From Eledone cirrhosa (lineage: Eukaryota): a stretch of DNA of 64,000 bases. Both the position numbers and the translations under genes were made by a program. Shown piece by piece: positions 28,533-43,921 of the stretch (its first letter is position 1; the number at the start of each line of letters is the position of its first letter). The stretch is from positions 168,516,001 through 168,580,000 of the forward strand of contig OZ024742.1 of NCBI GenBank assembly GCA_964016885.1, written 5' to 3'. The notes beneath the pieces are model-generated. The model saw nothing but the letters and a program-made list of their open reading frames with translations. It searched no databases and was not told the DNA's origin.

Positions 28533-28589
28533 TTGTTTTTTATGAAATTTATAATATGGCTTTTAATGAATTTTTTAATGGGCTTTTAG
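28533..28589 (-). repeat. 57-bp inverted island, T haplotype (copy 9)
   Basis: Matches copy 2. Confidence 0.92.
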
Positions 28590-30002
28590 AATCATTAAAA
28601 TCCCATTAAAAATACATTAAAGGCCCATTAAAAACGCCATAAAAAATCCATTAAAAAAATCCATTAAAAAAAAACTCAATCAAAAACACATAAAAGAAAC
28701 ATTAAAACAGCATTTAAAAAATCCATTAAAAATCCATTAAAAAAAAATCCATTAAAAAAATCCATTAAAAATCCATTAAAAAAATCCATTTAAAAAAATC
28801 CATTAAAAAATCCATTAAAAACCCATTAAAAATCCATTAAAAATCCATTAAAAATCCATTAAAAAATCCATTTAAAAAACCCATTAAAAAAATCCATTAA
28901 AAAATCCATTTAAAAATCCATTAAAAAAAATCCATTTAAAAAAACCCATTAAAAAAAATCCATTAAAAAAATCCATTTAAAAAATCCATAAAAAAAAATC
29001 CATAAAAAAAATCCATTAAAAAAAATCCATTAAAAAAAAAATCCGTTAAAAAAAATCCATTAAAAATCCATTAAAAATCCATTAAAAATCCATTAAAAAT
29101 CCATTAAAAATCCATTTAAAAAAATCCATTAAAAAAATCCATTAAAAAAATCCATTTAAAAAATCCATTAAAAAATCCATTAAAAAAAATCCATTAAAAA
29201 AAAATCCATTAAAAAAAATCCATTAAAAAAAATCAATTTAAAAAAATCCATTAAAAATCCATTAAAAAAATCCATTTAAAAAAATCCATTAAAAACCCAT
29301 TAAAAATCCATTAAAAATCCATTAAAAAATCCATTTAAAAAAACCATTAAAAAAAATCCATTAAAAAAAAATCCATTAAAAAAATCCATTTAAAAAATCC
29401 ATTAAAAAAAATCCATTAAAAAAAACTCAATCAAAAACCCATAAAAGAAACATTAAAACAGCATTTAAAAAATCCATTAAAAATCCATTAAAAGAATCCA
29501 TTTAAAAAATCCATTAAAAAATCCATTAAAAATCCATTAAAAATCCATTAAAAAATCCATTTAAAAAAATCCATTAAAAAAATCCTTTAAAAAATCCATT
29601 AAAAAATCCATTTAAAAAATCCATTAAAAAAAATCCATTAAAAAAAACCATTAAAAAATCCATTAAAAAAAATCCCATTAAAAATACATTAAAAATCCAT
29701 TAAAAATCCATTAAAAAATCCATTAAAAATCCATTAAAAATCCATTAAAAATCCATTAAAAAATCCATTAAAAAAAATCCATTAAAAAAATCCATTAAAA
29801 AATCCATTTAAAAAATCCATTTAAAAAAATCCATTAAAAAAAATCCATTAAAAAAAATCCATTAAAAAAAATCCATAAAAAAAAAAATCCGTTAAAAAAA
29901 ATCCATTAAAAACTCAATCAAACACCCAATTAAAAGGCCATAAAAGAAACATTAAAACATCATTTAAAATACCATTAAAAACGCCATAAAAAATCATTAA
30001 AA

Positions 30003-30059
30003 TTGTTTTTTATGAAATTTATAATATGGCTTTTAATGAACTTTTTAATGGGCTTTTAG
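30003..30059 (-). repeat. 57-bp inverted island, C haplotype (copy 10)
   Basis: Matches copy 1. Confidence 0.92.
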
Positions 30060-33000
30060 AATCATTAAAATCCCATTAAAAATACATTAAAGGCCCATTA
30101 AAAACGCCATAAAAAATCCATTAAAAAAAATCCATTAAAAAAAAATTCAATCAAAAACCCATAAAAGAAACATTAAAACATCATTTAAAAAACCCATTAA
30201 AAATTCATTAAAAAAATCCATTTAAAAAATCCATTAAAAATCCATTAAAAATCCATTAAAAATCCATTAAAAATCCATTAAAAATCCATTAAAAATAATC
30301 CATTAAAAAAAAATTCAATCAAAAACCCATAAAAGAAACATTAAAACAGCATTTAAAAAATCCATTAAAAAAATCCATTTAAAAAAATCCATTAAAAAAG
30401 CCATTAAAAATCCATTAAAAATCCATTAAAAAAATCCATTAAAAAAAAAATCCATTAAAAAAAATCCATTAAAAATCCATTAAAAAAATCCATTTAAAAA
30501 AATCCATTAAAAATCCATTAAAAACCCATTAAAAATCCATTAAAAATCCATTAAAAATCCATTAAAAAATCCATTTAAAAAACCCATTAAAAAAATCCAT
30601 TAAAAAATCCATTTAAAAATCCAGTAAAAAAAATCCATTTAAAAAAACCCATTAAAAAAAATCCATTAAAAAAATCCATTTAAAAAATCCATAAAAAAAA
30701 ATCCATAAAAAAAATCCATTAAAAAAAATCCATAAAAAAAAAATCCGTTAAAAAAATCCATTAAAAATCCATTAAAAATCCATTAAAAATCCATTAAAAA
30801 TCCATTAAAAAAAATCAATTTAAAAAAATCCATTAAAAATCCATTAAAAAAATCCATTTAAAAAAATCCATTAAAAACCCATTAAAAATCCATTAAAAAT
30901 CCATTAAAAAATCCATTTAAAAAAACCATTAAAAAAAATCCATTAAAAAAATCCATTTAAAAAATCCATTAAAAAAAAATCCATTAAAAAAAACCCATTA
31001 AAAAAAATCCATTAAAAAAATCCATTTAAAAAATCCATTAAAAAAAATCCATTAAAAAAAACTCAATCAAAAACCCATAAAAGAAACATTAAAACAGCAT
31101 TTAAAAAATCCATTAAAAATCCATTAAAAAAATCCATTTAAAAAATCCATTAAAAAATCCATTAAAAATCCATTAAAAATCCATTAAAAAATCCATTTAA
31201 AAAAATCCATTAAAAAAATCCATTTAAAAAATCCATTAAAAAATCCATTTAAAAAATCCATTAAAAAAAATCCATTAAAAAAAACCATTAAAAAATCCAT
31301 TAAAAAAAATCCCATTAAAAATACATTAAAGGCCCATTAAAAACGCCATAAAAAATCCGTTAAAAAAATCCATTAAAAAAAAACTCAATCAAAAACCCAT
31401 AAAAGAAACATTAAAACAGCATTTAAAAAATCCATTAAAAAAATCCATTAAAAAAAATCCATTAAAAAATCCATTAAAAATCCATTAAAAATCCATTAAA
31501 AATCCATTAAAAATCCATTAAAAAATCCATTAAAAATCCATTAAAAATCCATTAAAAATCCATTAAAAAATCCATTTAAAAAAATCCATTAAAAAAATCC
31601 ATTAAAAAATCCATTTAAAAAATCCATTTAAAAAAATCCATTAAAAAAAATCCATTAAAAAAAAATCCATTAAAAAAAATCCATTAAAAAAAAAATCCGT
31701 TAAAAAAAATCCATTAAAAACTCAATCAAACACCCAATTAAAAGGCCATAAAAGAAACATTAAAACAGCATTTAAAATACCATTAAAAACGCCATAAAAA
31801 TCATTAAAATCCAATTAAAGATACATTAAAGGCGCATTAAAAACGCCATAAAAAATCCATTAAAAATATCCATTAAAAAAACTCAATCAAAAGCCCATAA
31901 AAGAAACATTAAAACAGCATTTAAAAAATCCATTAAAAATCCATTAAAAAAATCCATTTAATAAAATCCATTAAAAATCCATTAAAAATCCATTAAAAAT
32001 CCATTAAAAATCCATTAAAAATCCATTAAAAATCCATTAAAAAACCCATTTAAAAAAATCCATTAAAAAAATCCATTAAAAAAATCCATTAAAAAAAGCC
32101 ATTAAAAAAATCCATTTAAAAAAAGCCATTAAAAAAATCCATTAAAAAAAAATCCATTAAAAATCCATTAAAAAAATCCATTAAAAACCCATTAAAAATC
32201 CATTAAAAAATCCATTAAAAAACCCATTAAAAAAAATCCATTAGAAAAATCCATTTAAAAAATCCATTAAAAAAAAATCCATTTAAAAAACCCATTAAAA
32301 AAAATCCATTAAAAAAATCCATTTAAAAAATCCATTTAAAAAATCCATTAAAAAAATCCATTTAAAAAATCCATAAAAAAAAACCATTAAAAAAAATCCA
32401 TTAAAAAAAAATCCATTAAAAAAAATCCATTAAAAAAAATCCATTAAAAATCCATTAAAAAAAATCCATTTAAAAAAAATTCATTAAAAAATCCATTAAA
32501 AATCCATTAAAAATCCATTTAAAAAAATCCATTTAAAAAATCCATTTAAAAAACCCATTACAAAAAATACATTAAAAAAAATCCATAAAAAAAAAAGCCA
32601 TTAAAAAAAATCCATTAAAAAAAATCTATTAAAAATCCATTAAAAATCCATTAAAAATCCATTAAAAATCCATTAAAAATCCATTAAAAATCCATTAAAA
32701 AGCCATTAAAAATCCATTAAAATCCATTAAAAATCCATTAAAAATCCATTAAAAATCCATTAAAAATCCATTAAAAAATCCATTTAAAAAAATCCATTAA
32801 AAAATCCATTAAAAAATCCATTTAAAAAATCCATTAAAAAAATCCATTAAAAAAAAATCCAAAAAAAAAATCCATTAAAAAAAATCAATTTAAAAAAATC
32901 CATTAAAAATCCATTAAAAAAATCCATTTAAAAAAATCCATTAAAAACCCATTAAAAACCCATTAAAAATCCATTAAAAATCCATTTAAAAAACCCATTA

Positions 33001-35622
33001 AAAAAAATCCATTAAAAAAAATCCATTTAAAAAATCCATTAAAAAAAATCCATTAAAAAAACCCATTAAAAAAATCCATTAAAAAAATCCATTTAAAAAA
33101 TCCATTAAAAAAAATTCATTAAAAAAAAATCCATAAAAAAATCCATTAAAAAAATCCATTTAAAAAAATCCATTAAAAAAAATCCATTAAAAATCCATTA
33201 AAAAAATCCATTAAAAAAAATCCATTAAAAAATCCATTAAAAAACCCATTAAAAATCCATTAAAAATCCATTAAAAATCCATTAAAAATCAATTTAAAAA
33301 ACCCATTAAAAAAATCCATTTAAAAAACCCATTAAAAAAAGCCATTAAAAAATCCATTTAAAAAATCCATTAAAAAAAATCCATTAAAAAAAATCCATAA
33401 AAAAAAATCCATTAAAAAAAATCCATTAAAAAAAAATCCGTTAAAAAAAATCCATTAAAAAAAAATCCGTTCAAAAAATCCATTAAAAGCTCAATCCCAT
33501 TAAAAACGCCATAAAAATCATTAAAATCCAATTAAAGATACATTAAAGGCCCATTAAAAACGCCATAAAAAATCCATTAAAAAAATCCATTAAAAAAACT
33601 CAATCAAAAACCCATAAAAGAAACATTAAAACAGCATTTAAAAAATCCATTAAAAATCCATTAAAAAAATCCATTTAATAAAATCCATTAAAAAATCCAT
33701 TAAAAATCCATTAAAAATCCATTAAAAATCCATTAAAAATCCATTAAAAATCCATTAAAAAACCCATTTAAAAAAATCCATTAAAAAAATCCATTAAAAA
33801 AATCCATTAAAAAAAGCCATTAAAAAAATCCATTTAAAAAAATCCATTAAAAAAATCCATTAAAAAAAAATCCATTAAAAATCCATTAAAAAAATCCATT
33901 TAAAAAAATCCATTAAAAACCCATTAAAAATCCATTAAAAAATCCATTAAAAAACCCATTAAAAAAAATCCATTAGAAATATCCATTTAAAAAATCCATT
34001 AAAAAAAAATCCATTTAAAAAACCCATTAAAAAAAATCCATTAAAAAAATCCATTTAAAAAATCCATTTAAAAAATCCATTAAAAAAATCCATTTAAAAA
34101 ATCCATAAAAAAAAACCATTAAAAAAAATCCATTAAAAAAAAATCCATTAAAAAAAATCCATTAAAAAAAATCCATTAAAAATCCATTAAAAAAAATCCA
34201 TTTAAAAAAAATTCATTAAAAAATCCATTAAAAATCCATTAAAAATCCATTTAAAAAAATCCATTTAAAAAATCCATTTAAAAAACCCATTACAAAAAAT
34301 ACATTAAAAAAAATCCATAAAAAAAAAAGCCATTAAAAAAAATCCATTAAAAAAATCTATTAAAAATCCATTAAAAATCCATTAAAAATCCATTAAAAAT
34401 CCATTAAAAATCCATTAAAAATCCATTAAAAAGCCATTAAAAATCCATTAAAATCCATTAAAAATCCATTAAAAATCCATTAAAAATCCATTAAAAATCC
34501 ATTAAAAAATCCATTTAAAAAAATCCATTAAAAAATCCATTAAAAAATCCATTTAAAAAATCCATTAAAAAAATCCATTAAAAAAAAATCCATTAAAAAA
34601 AAAATCCATAAAAAAAAATCAATTTAAAAAAATCCATTAAAAATCCATTAAAAAAATCCATTTAAAAAAATCCATTAAAAACCCATTAAAAACCCATTAA
34701 AAATCCATTAAAAATCCATTTAAAAAACCCATTAAAAAAAATCCATTAAAAAAAATCCATTTAAAAAATCCATTTAAAAAAATCCATTAAAAAAACCCAT
34801 TAAAAAAATCCATTAAAAAAATCCATTTAAAAAATCCATTAAAAAAAATTCATTAAAAAAAAATCCATAAAAAAATCCATTAAAAAAATCCATTTAAAAA
34901 AATCCATTAAAAAAAATACATTAAAAATCCATTAAAAAAATCCATTAAAAAAAATCCATTAAAAAATCCATTAAAAAACCCATTAAAAATCCATTAAAAA
35001 TCCATTAAAAATCCATTAAAAATCCATTTAAAAAACCCATTAAAAAAATCCATTTAAAAAACCCATTAAAAAAAGCCATTAAAAAATCCATTTAAAAAAT
35101 CCATTAAAAAAAATCCATTTAAAACAACCCATTAAAAAAATCCATTAAAAAAAACCCATTAAAAAAAATCCATTAAAAAAATCCATTTAAAAAATCCATT
35201 AAAAAAAATCCATTAAAAAAAATCCATAAAAAAATCCATTAAAAAAATCCATTAAAAATCCATTAAAAAAAATCCATTTAAAAAAGCCATTAAAAAATCC
35301 ATTAAAAATCCATTAAAAATCCATTTAAAAAACCCATTAAAAAATCCATTAAAAAAATCCATTTAAAAAATCCATTAAAAAAAATCCATTTAAAAAAACT
35401 CATTTAAAAAAATCCATTAAAAAAATCCATTTAAAAAATCCATTAAAAAAAATCCATTAAAAAAATCCATAAAAAAAATCCATTAAAAAAAATCCATTAA
35501 AAAAAAATCCGTTAAAAAAAATCCATTAAAAACTCAATCAAAAACCCAATTAAAAGGCCATAAAAGAAACATTAAAACAGCATTTAAAATACCATTAAAA
35601 ACGCCATAAAAAATCATTAAAA

Positions 35623-35679
35623 TTGTTTTTTATGAAATTTATAATATGGCTTTTAATGAATTTTTTAATGGGCTTTTAG
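35623..35679 (-). repeat. 57-bp inverted island, T haplotype (copy 11)
   Basis: Matches copy 2; paralog of copy 4 at offset 23077. Confidence 0.92.
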
Positions 35680-38600
35680 AATCATTAAAATCCCATTAAA
35701 AATACATTAAAGGCCCATTAAAAACGCCATAAAAAATCCATTAAAAAAATCCATTAAAAAAAAACTCAATCAAAAACACATAAAAGAAACATTAAAACAG
35801 CATTTAAAAAATCCATTAAAAATCCATTAAAAAAAAATCCATTAAAAAAATCCATTAAAAATCCATTAAAAAAATCCATTTAAAAAAATCCATTAAAAAA
35901 TCCATTAAAAACCCATTAAAAATCCATTAAAAATCCATTAAAAATCCATTAAAAAATCCATTTAAAAAACCCATTAAAAAAATCCATTAAAAAATCCATT
36001 TAAAAATCCATTAAAAAAAATCCATTTAAAAAAAACCCATTAAAAAAAATCCATTAAAAAAATCCATTTAAAAAATCCATAAAAAAAAATCCATAAAAAA
36101 AATCCATTAAAAAAAATCCATTAAAAAAAAAATCCGTTAAAAAAAATCCATTAAAAATCCATTAAAAATCCATTAAAAATCCATTAAAAATCCATTAAAA
36201 ATCCATTAAAAATCCATTTAAAAAAATCCATTAAAAAAATCCATTAAAAAAATCCATTTAAAAAATCCATTAAAAAAAATCCATTAAAAAAAAATCCATT
36301 AAAAAAAATCCATTAAAAAAAATCAATTTAAAAAAATCCATTAAAAATCCATTAAAAAAATCCATTTAAAAAAATCCATTAAAAACCCATTAAAAATCCA
36401 TTAAAAATCCATTAAAAAATCCATTTAAAAAAACCATTAAAAAAAATCCATTAAAAAAATCCATTTAAAAAATCCATTAAAAAAAAATCCATTAAAAAAA
36501 TCCATTTAAAAAATCCATTAAAAAAAATCCATTAAAAAAAACTCAATCAAAAACCCATAAAAGAAACATTAAAACAGCATTTAAAAAATCCATTAAAAAT
36601 CCATTAAAAGAATCCATTTAAAAAATCCATTAAAAAATCCATTAAAAATCCATTAAAAATCCATTAAAAAATCCATTTAAAAAAATCCATTAAAAAAATC
36701 CTTTAAAAAATCCATTAAAAAATCCATTTAAAAAATCCATTAAAAAAAATCCATTAAAAAAAACCATTAAAAAATCCATTAAAAAAAATCCCATTAAAAA
36801 TACATTAAAAATCCATTAAAAATCCATTAAAAAATCCATTAAAAATCCATTAAAAATCCATTAAAAATCCATTAAAAAATCCATTAAAAAAAATCCATTA
36901 AAAAAATCCATTAAAAAATCCATTTAAAAAATCCATTTAAAAAAATCCATTAAAAAAAATCCATTAAAAAAAATCCATTAAAAAAAATCCATTAAAAAAA
37001 AAATCCGTTAAAAAAAATCCATTAAAAACTCAATCAAACACCCAATTAAAAGGCCATAAAAGAAACATTAAAACAGCATTTAAAATACCATTAAAAACGC
37101 CATAAAAAATCCATTAAAAAAAATCCATTAAAAAAAAATTCAATCAAAAACCCATAAAAGAAACATTAAAACAGCATTTAAAAAACCCATTAAAAATTCA
37201 TTAAAAAAATCCATTTAAAAAATCCATTAAAAATCCATTAAAAATCCATTAAAAATCCATTAAAAATCCATTAAAAATCCATTAAAAATAATCCATTAAA
37301 AAAAATTCAATCAAAAACCCATAAAAGAAACATTAAAACAGCATTTAAAAAATCCATTAAAAAAATCCATTTAAAAAAATCCATTAAAAAAGCCATTAAA
37401 AATCCATTAAAAATCCATTAAAAAAATCCATTAAAAAAAAATCCATTAAAAAAAATCCATTAAAAATCCATTAAAAAAATCCATTTAAAAAAATCCATTA
37501 AAAATCCATTAAAAACCCATTAAAAATCCATTAAAAATCCATTAAAAATCCATTAAAAAATCCATTTAAAAAACCCATTAAAAAAATCCATTAAAAAATC
37601 CATTTAAAAATCCAGTAAAAAAAATCCATTTAAAAAAACCCATTAAAAAAAATCCATTAAAAAAATCCATTTAAAAAATCCATAAAAAAAAATCCATAAA
37701 AAAAATCCATTAAAAAAAATCCATTAAAAAAAAAATCCGTTAAAAAAAATCCATTAAAAATCCATTAAAAATCCATTAAAAATCCATTAAAAATCCATTA
37801 AAAAAAAATCAATTTAAAAAAATCGATTAAAAATCCATTAAAAAAATCCATTTAAAAAAATCCATTAAAAACCCATTAAAAATCCATTAAAAATCCATTA
37901 AAAAATCCATTTAAAAAAACCATTAAAAAAAATCCATTAAAAAAATCCATTTAAAAAATCCATTAAAAAAAAATCCATTAAAAAAAACCCATTAAAAAAA
38001 ATCCATTAAAAAAATCCATTTAAAAAATCCATTAAAAAAAATCCATTAAAAAAAACTCAATCAAAAACCCATAAAAGAAACATTAAAACAGCATTTAAAA
38101 AATCCATTAAAAATCCATTAAAAAAATCCATTTAAAAAATCCATTAAAAAATCCATTAAAAATCCATTAAAAATCCATTAAAAAATCCATTTAAAAAAAT
38201 CCATTAAAAAAATCCATTTAAAAAATCCATTAAAAAATCCATTTAAAAAATCCATTAAAAAAAATCCATTAAAAAAAACCATTAAAAAATCCATTAAAAA
38301 AAATCCCATTAAAAATACATTAAAGGCCCATTAAAAACGCCATAAAAAATCCATTAAAAAAATCCATTAAAAAAAAACTCAATCAAAAACCCATAAAAGA
38401 AACATTAAAACAGCATTTAAAAAATCCATTAAAAAAATCCATTAAAAAAAATCCATTAAAAAATCCATTAAAAATCCATTAAAAATCCATTAAAAATCCA
38501 TTAAAAATCCATTAAAAAATCCATTAAAAATCCATTAAAAATCCATTAAAAATCCATTAAAAGATCCATTTAAAAAAATCCATTAAAAAAATCCATTAAA

Positions 38601-41306
38601 AAATCCATTTAAAAAATCCATTTAAAAAAATCCATTAAAAAAAATCCATTAAAAAAAAATCCATTAAAAAAAATCCATTAAAAAAAAAATCCGTTAAAAA
38701 AAATCCATTAAAAACGCAATCAAACACCCAATTAAAAGGCCATAAAAGAAACATTAAAACAGCATTTAAAATACCATTAAAAACGCCATAAAAATCATTA
38801 AAATCCAATTAAAGATACATTAAAGGCCCATTAAAAACGCCATAAAAAATCCATTAAAAATATCCATTAAAAAAACTCAATCAAAAACCCATAAAAGAAA
38901 CATTAAAACAGCATTTAAAAAATCCATTAAAAATCCATTAAAAAAATCCATTTAATAAAATCCATTAAAAATCCATTAAAAATCCATTAAAAATCCATTA
39001 AAAATCCATTAAAAATCCATTAAAAATCCATTAAAAAACCCATTTAAAAAAATCCATTAAAAAAATCCATTAAAAAAATCCATTAAAAAAAGCCATTAAA
39101 AAAATCCATTTAAAAAAAGCCATTAAAAAAATCCATTAAAAAAAAATCCATTAAAAATCCATTAAAAAAATCCATTTAAAAAAATCCATTAAAAACCCAT
39201 TAAAAATCCATTAAAAAATCCATTAAAAAACCCATTAAAAAAAATCCATTAGAAAAATCCATTTAAAAAATCCATTAAAAAAAAATCCATTTAAAAAACC
39301 CATTAAAAAAAATCCATTAAAAAAATCCATTTAAAAAATCCATTTAAAAAATCCATTAAAAAAATCCATTTAAAAAATCCATAAAAAAAAACCATTAAAA
39401 AAAATCCATTAAAAAAAAATCCATTAAAAAAAATCCATTAAAAAAAATCCATTAAAAATCCATTAAAAAAAATCCATTTAAAAAAAATTCATTAAAAAAT
39501 CCATTAAAAATCCATTAAAAATCCATTTAAAAAAATCCATTTAAAAAATCCATTTAAAAAACCCATTACAAAAAATACATTAAAAAAAATCCATAAAAAA
39601 AAAGCCATTAAAAAAAATCCATTAAAAAAAATCTATTAAAAATCCATTAAAAATCCATTAAAAATCCATTAAAAATCCATTAAAAATCCATTAAAAATCC
39701 ATTAAAAAGCCATTAAAAATCCATTAAAATCCATTAAAAATCCATTAAAAATCCATTAAAAATCCATTAAAAATCCATTAAAAAATCCATTTAAAAAAAT
39801 CCATTAAAAAATCCATTAAAAAATCCATTTAAAAAATCCATTAAAAAAATCCATTAAAAAAAAATCCATTAAAAAAAAAATCCATTAAAAAAAATCAATT
39901 TAAAAAAATCCATTAAAAATCCATTAAAAAAATCCATTTAAAAAAATCCATTAAAAACCCATTAAAAACCCATTAAAAATCCATTAAAAATCCATTTAAA
40001 AAACCCATTAAAAAAAATCCATTAAAAAAAATCCATTTAAAAAATCCATTAAAAAAAATCCATTAAAAAAAACCATTAAAAAAATCCATTAAAAAAATCC
40101 ATTTAAAAAATCCATTAAAAAAAATTCATTAAAAAAAAATCCATAAAAAAATCCATTAAAAAAATCCATTTAAAAAAATCCATTAAAAAAAATCCATTAA
40201 AAATCCATTAAAAAAATCCATTAAAAAAAATCCATTAAAAAATCCATTAAAAAACCCATTAAAAATGCATTAAAAATCCATTAAAAATCCATTAAAAATC
40301 CATTTAAAAAACCCATTAAAAAAATCCATTTAAAAAACCCATTAAAAAAAGCCATTAAAAAATCCATTTAAAAAATCCATTAAAAAAAATCCATTTAAAA
40401 CAACCCATTAAAAAAAATCCATTAAAAAAACCCATTAAAAAAAATCCATTAAAAAAATCCATTTAAAAAATCCATTAAAAAAAATCCATTAAAAAAAATC
40501 CATAAAAAAATCCATTAAAAAAATCCATTAAAAATCCATTAAAAAAAATCCATTTAAAAAAGCCATTAAAAAATCCATTAAAAATCCATTAAAAATCCAT
40601 TAAAAAATCCATTTAAAAAAACCATTAAAAAAAATCCATTAAAAAAATCCATTTAAAAAATCCATTAAAAAAAAATCCATTAAAAAAATCCATTTAAAAA
40701 ATCCATTAAAAAAAATCCATTAAAAAAAACTCAATCAAAAACCCATAAAAGAAACATTAAAACAGCATTTAAAAAATCCATTAAAAATCCATTAAAAGAA
40801 TCCATTTAAAAAATCCATTAAAAAATCCATTAAAAATCCATTAAAAATCCATTAAAAAATCCATTTAAAAAAATCCATTAAAAAAATCCTTTAAAAAATC
40901 CATTAAAAAATCCATTTAAAAAATCCATTAAAAAAAATCCATTAAAAAAAACCATTAAAAAATCCATTAAAAAAAATCCCATTAAAAATACATTAAAAAT
41001 CCATTAAAAATCCATTAAAAAATCCATTAAAAATCCATTAAAAATCCATTAAAAATCCATTAAAAAATCCATTAAAAAAAATCCATTAAAAAAATCCATT
41101 AAAAAATCCATTTAAAAAATCCATTTAAAAAAATCCATTAAAAAAAATCCATTAAAAAAAATCCATTAAAAAAAATCCATTAAAAAAAAAATCCGTTAAA
41201 AAAAATCCATTAAAAACTCAATCAAACACCCAATTAAAAGGCCATAAAAGAAACATTAAAACAGCATTTAAAATACCATTAAAAACGCCATAAAAAATCA
41301 TTAAAA

Positions 41307-41363
41307 TTGTTTTTTATGAAATTTATAATATGGCTTTTAATGAACTTTTTAATGGGCTTTTAG
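41307..41363 (-). repeat. 57-bp inverted island, C haplotype (copy 12)
   Basis: Matches copy 1; paralog of copy 5 at offset 23078. Confidence 0.92.
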
Positions 41364-43864
41364 AATCATTAAAATCCCATTAAAAATACATTAAAGGCCC
41401 ATTAAAAACGCCATAAAAAATCCATTAAAAAAAATCCATTAAAAAAAAATTCAATCAAAAACCCATAAAAGAAACATTAAAACAGCATTTAAAAAACCCA
41501 TTAAAAATTCATTAAAAAAATCCATTTAAAAAATCCATTAAAAATCCATTAAAAATCCATTAAAAATCCATTAAAAAAATCCATTTAAAAAAATCCATTA
41601 AAAAATCCATTAAAAATCCATTAAAAATCCATTAAAAAATCCATTTAAAAAACCCATTAAAAAAATCCATTTAAAAAATCCATTTAAAAAATCCATTAAA
41701 AAAAATCCATTTAAAAAAACCCATTAAAAAAAATCCATTAAGAAAATCCATTTAAAAAATCCATTAAAAAAAATCCATTAAAAAAAATCCATAAAAAAAA
41801 ATCCATTAAAAAAAATCCATTAAAAAAAAATCCGTTAAAAAAAATCCATTAAAAAAAAATCCGTTCAAAAAATCCATTAAAAGCTCAATCCCATTAAAAA
41901 CGCCATAAAAATCATTAAAATCCAATTAAAGATACATTAAAGGCCCATTAAAAACGCCATAAAAAATCCATTAAAAAAATCCATTAAAAAAACTCAATCA
42001 AAAACCCATAAAAGAAACATTAAAACAGCATTTAAAAAATCCATTAAAAATCCATTAAAAAAATCCATTTAATAAAATCCATTAAAAAATCCATTAAAAA
42101 TCCATTAAAAATCCATTAAAAATCCATTAAAAATCCATTAAAAATCCATTAAAAAATCCATTTAAAAAAATCCATTAAAAAAATCCATTAAAAAAATCCA
42201 TTAAAAAAAGCCATTAAAAAAATCCATTTAAAAAAAGCCATTAAAAAAATCCATTAAAAAAAAATCCATTAAAAATCCATTAAAAAAATCCATTTAAAAA
42301 AATCCATTAAAAACCCATTAAAAATCCATTAAAAAATCCATTAAAAAACCCATTAAAAAAAATCCATTAGAAATATCCATTTAAAAAATCCATTAAAAAA
42401 AAATCCATTTAAAAAACCCATTAAAAAAAATCCATTTAAAAAATCCATTTAAAAAATCCATTTAAAAAATCCATTAAAAAAATCCATTTAAAAAATCCAT
42501 AAAAAAAAACCATTAAAAAAAATCCATTAAAAAAAAATCCATTAAAAAAAATCCATTAAAAAAAATCCATTAAAAATCCATTAAAAAAAATCCATTTAAA
42601 AAAAATTCATTAAAAAATCCATTAAAAATCCATTAAAAATCCATTTAAAAAAATCCATTTAAAAAATCCATTTAAAAAACCCATTACAAAAAATACATTA
42701 AAAAAAATCCATAAAAAAAAAAGCCATTAAAAAAAATCCATTAAAAAAAATCTATTAAAAATCCATTAAAAATCCATTAAAAATCCATTAAAAATCCATT
42801 AAAAATCCATTAAAAAGCCATTAAAAATCCATTAAAATCCATTAAAAATCCATTAAAAATCCATTAAAAATCCATTAAAAATCCATTAAAAAATCCATTT
42901 AAAAAAATCCATTAAAAAATCCATTAAAAAATCCATTTAAAAAATCCATTAAAAAAATCCATTAAAAAAAAATCCATTAAAAAAAAAATCCATTAAAAAA
43001 AATCAATTTAAAAAATCCATTAAAAATCCATTAAAAAAATCCATTTAAAAAAATCCATTAAAAACCCATTAAAAACCCATTAAAAATCCATTAAAAATCC
43101 ATTTCAAAAACCCATTAAAAAAAATCCATTAAAAAAAATCCATTTAAAAAATCCATTAAAAAAAATCCATTAAAAAAACCCATTAAAAAAATCCATTAAA
43201 AAAATCCATTTAAAAAATCCATTAAAAAAAATTCATTAAAAAAAAATCCATAAAAAAATCCATTAAAAAAATCCATTTAAAAAAATCCATTAAAAAAAAC
43301 CCATTAAAAAAATCCATTAAAAAATCCATTTAAAAAATCCATTAAAAAATCCATTAAAAAAACCATTAAAAAATCCATTAAAAATCCATTAAAAATCCAT
43401 TAAAAATCCATTAAAAAATCCATTTAAAAAAATCCATTAAAAAAATCCTTTAAAAAATCCATTAAAAAATCCATTTAAAAAATCCATTAAAAAAAATCCA
43501 TTAAAAAAAACCATTAAAAAATCCATTAAAAAAAATCCCATTAAAAATACATTAAAAATCCATTAAAAATCCATTAAAAAATCCATTAAAAATCCATTAA
43601 AAATCCATTAAAAATCCATTAAAAAATCCATTAAAAAAAATCCATTAAAAAAATCCATTAAAAAATCCATTTAAAAAATCCATTTAAAAAAATCCATTAA
43701 AAAAAACCATTAAAAAAAATCCATTAAAAAAAATCCATTAAAAAAAAAATCCGTTAAAAAAAATCCATTAAAAACTCAATCAAACACCCAATTAAAAGGC
43801 CATAAAAGAAACATTAAAACAGCATTTAAAATACCATTAAAAACGCCATAAAAAATCATTAAAA

Positions 43865-43921
43865 TTGTTTTTTATGAAATTTATAATATGGCTTTTAATG
43901 AACTTTTTAATGGGCTTTTAG
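43865..43921 (-). repeat. 57-bp inverted island, C haplotype (copy 13)
   Basis: Paralog of copy 7 at offset 21753. Confidence 0.92.

Larger units (their letters stand above)
12000..35080 (+). repeat. Macro-repeat copy 1 (~23.08 kb); boundaries approximate
   Basis: Rare variants recur at a constant offset: ACTCATTT 12321/35398, TCGATT 14744/37823, ACGCAATC ~15635/38714, CCATTTC 20021/43099. Confidence 0.88.
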
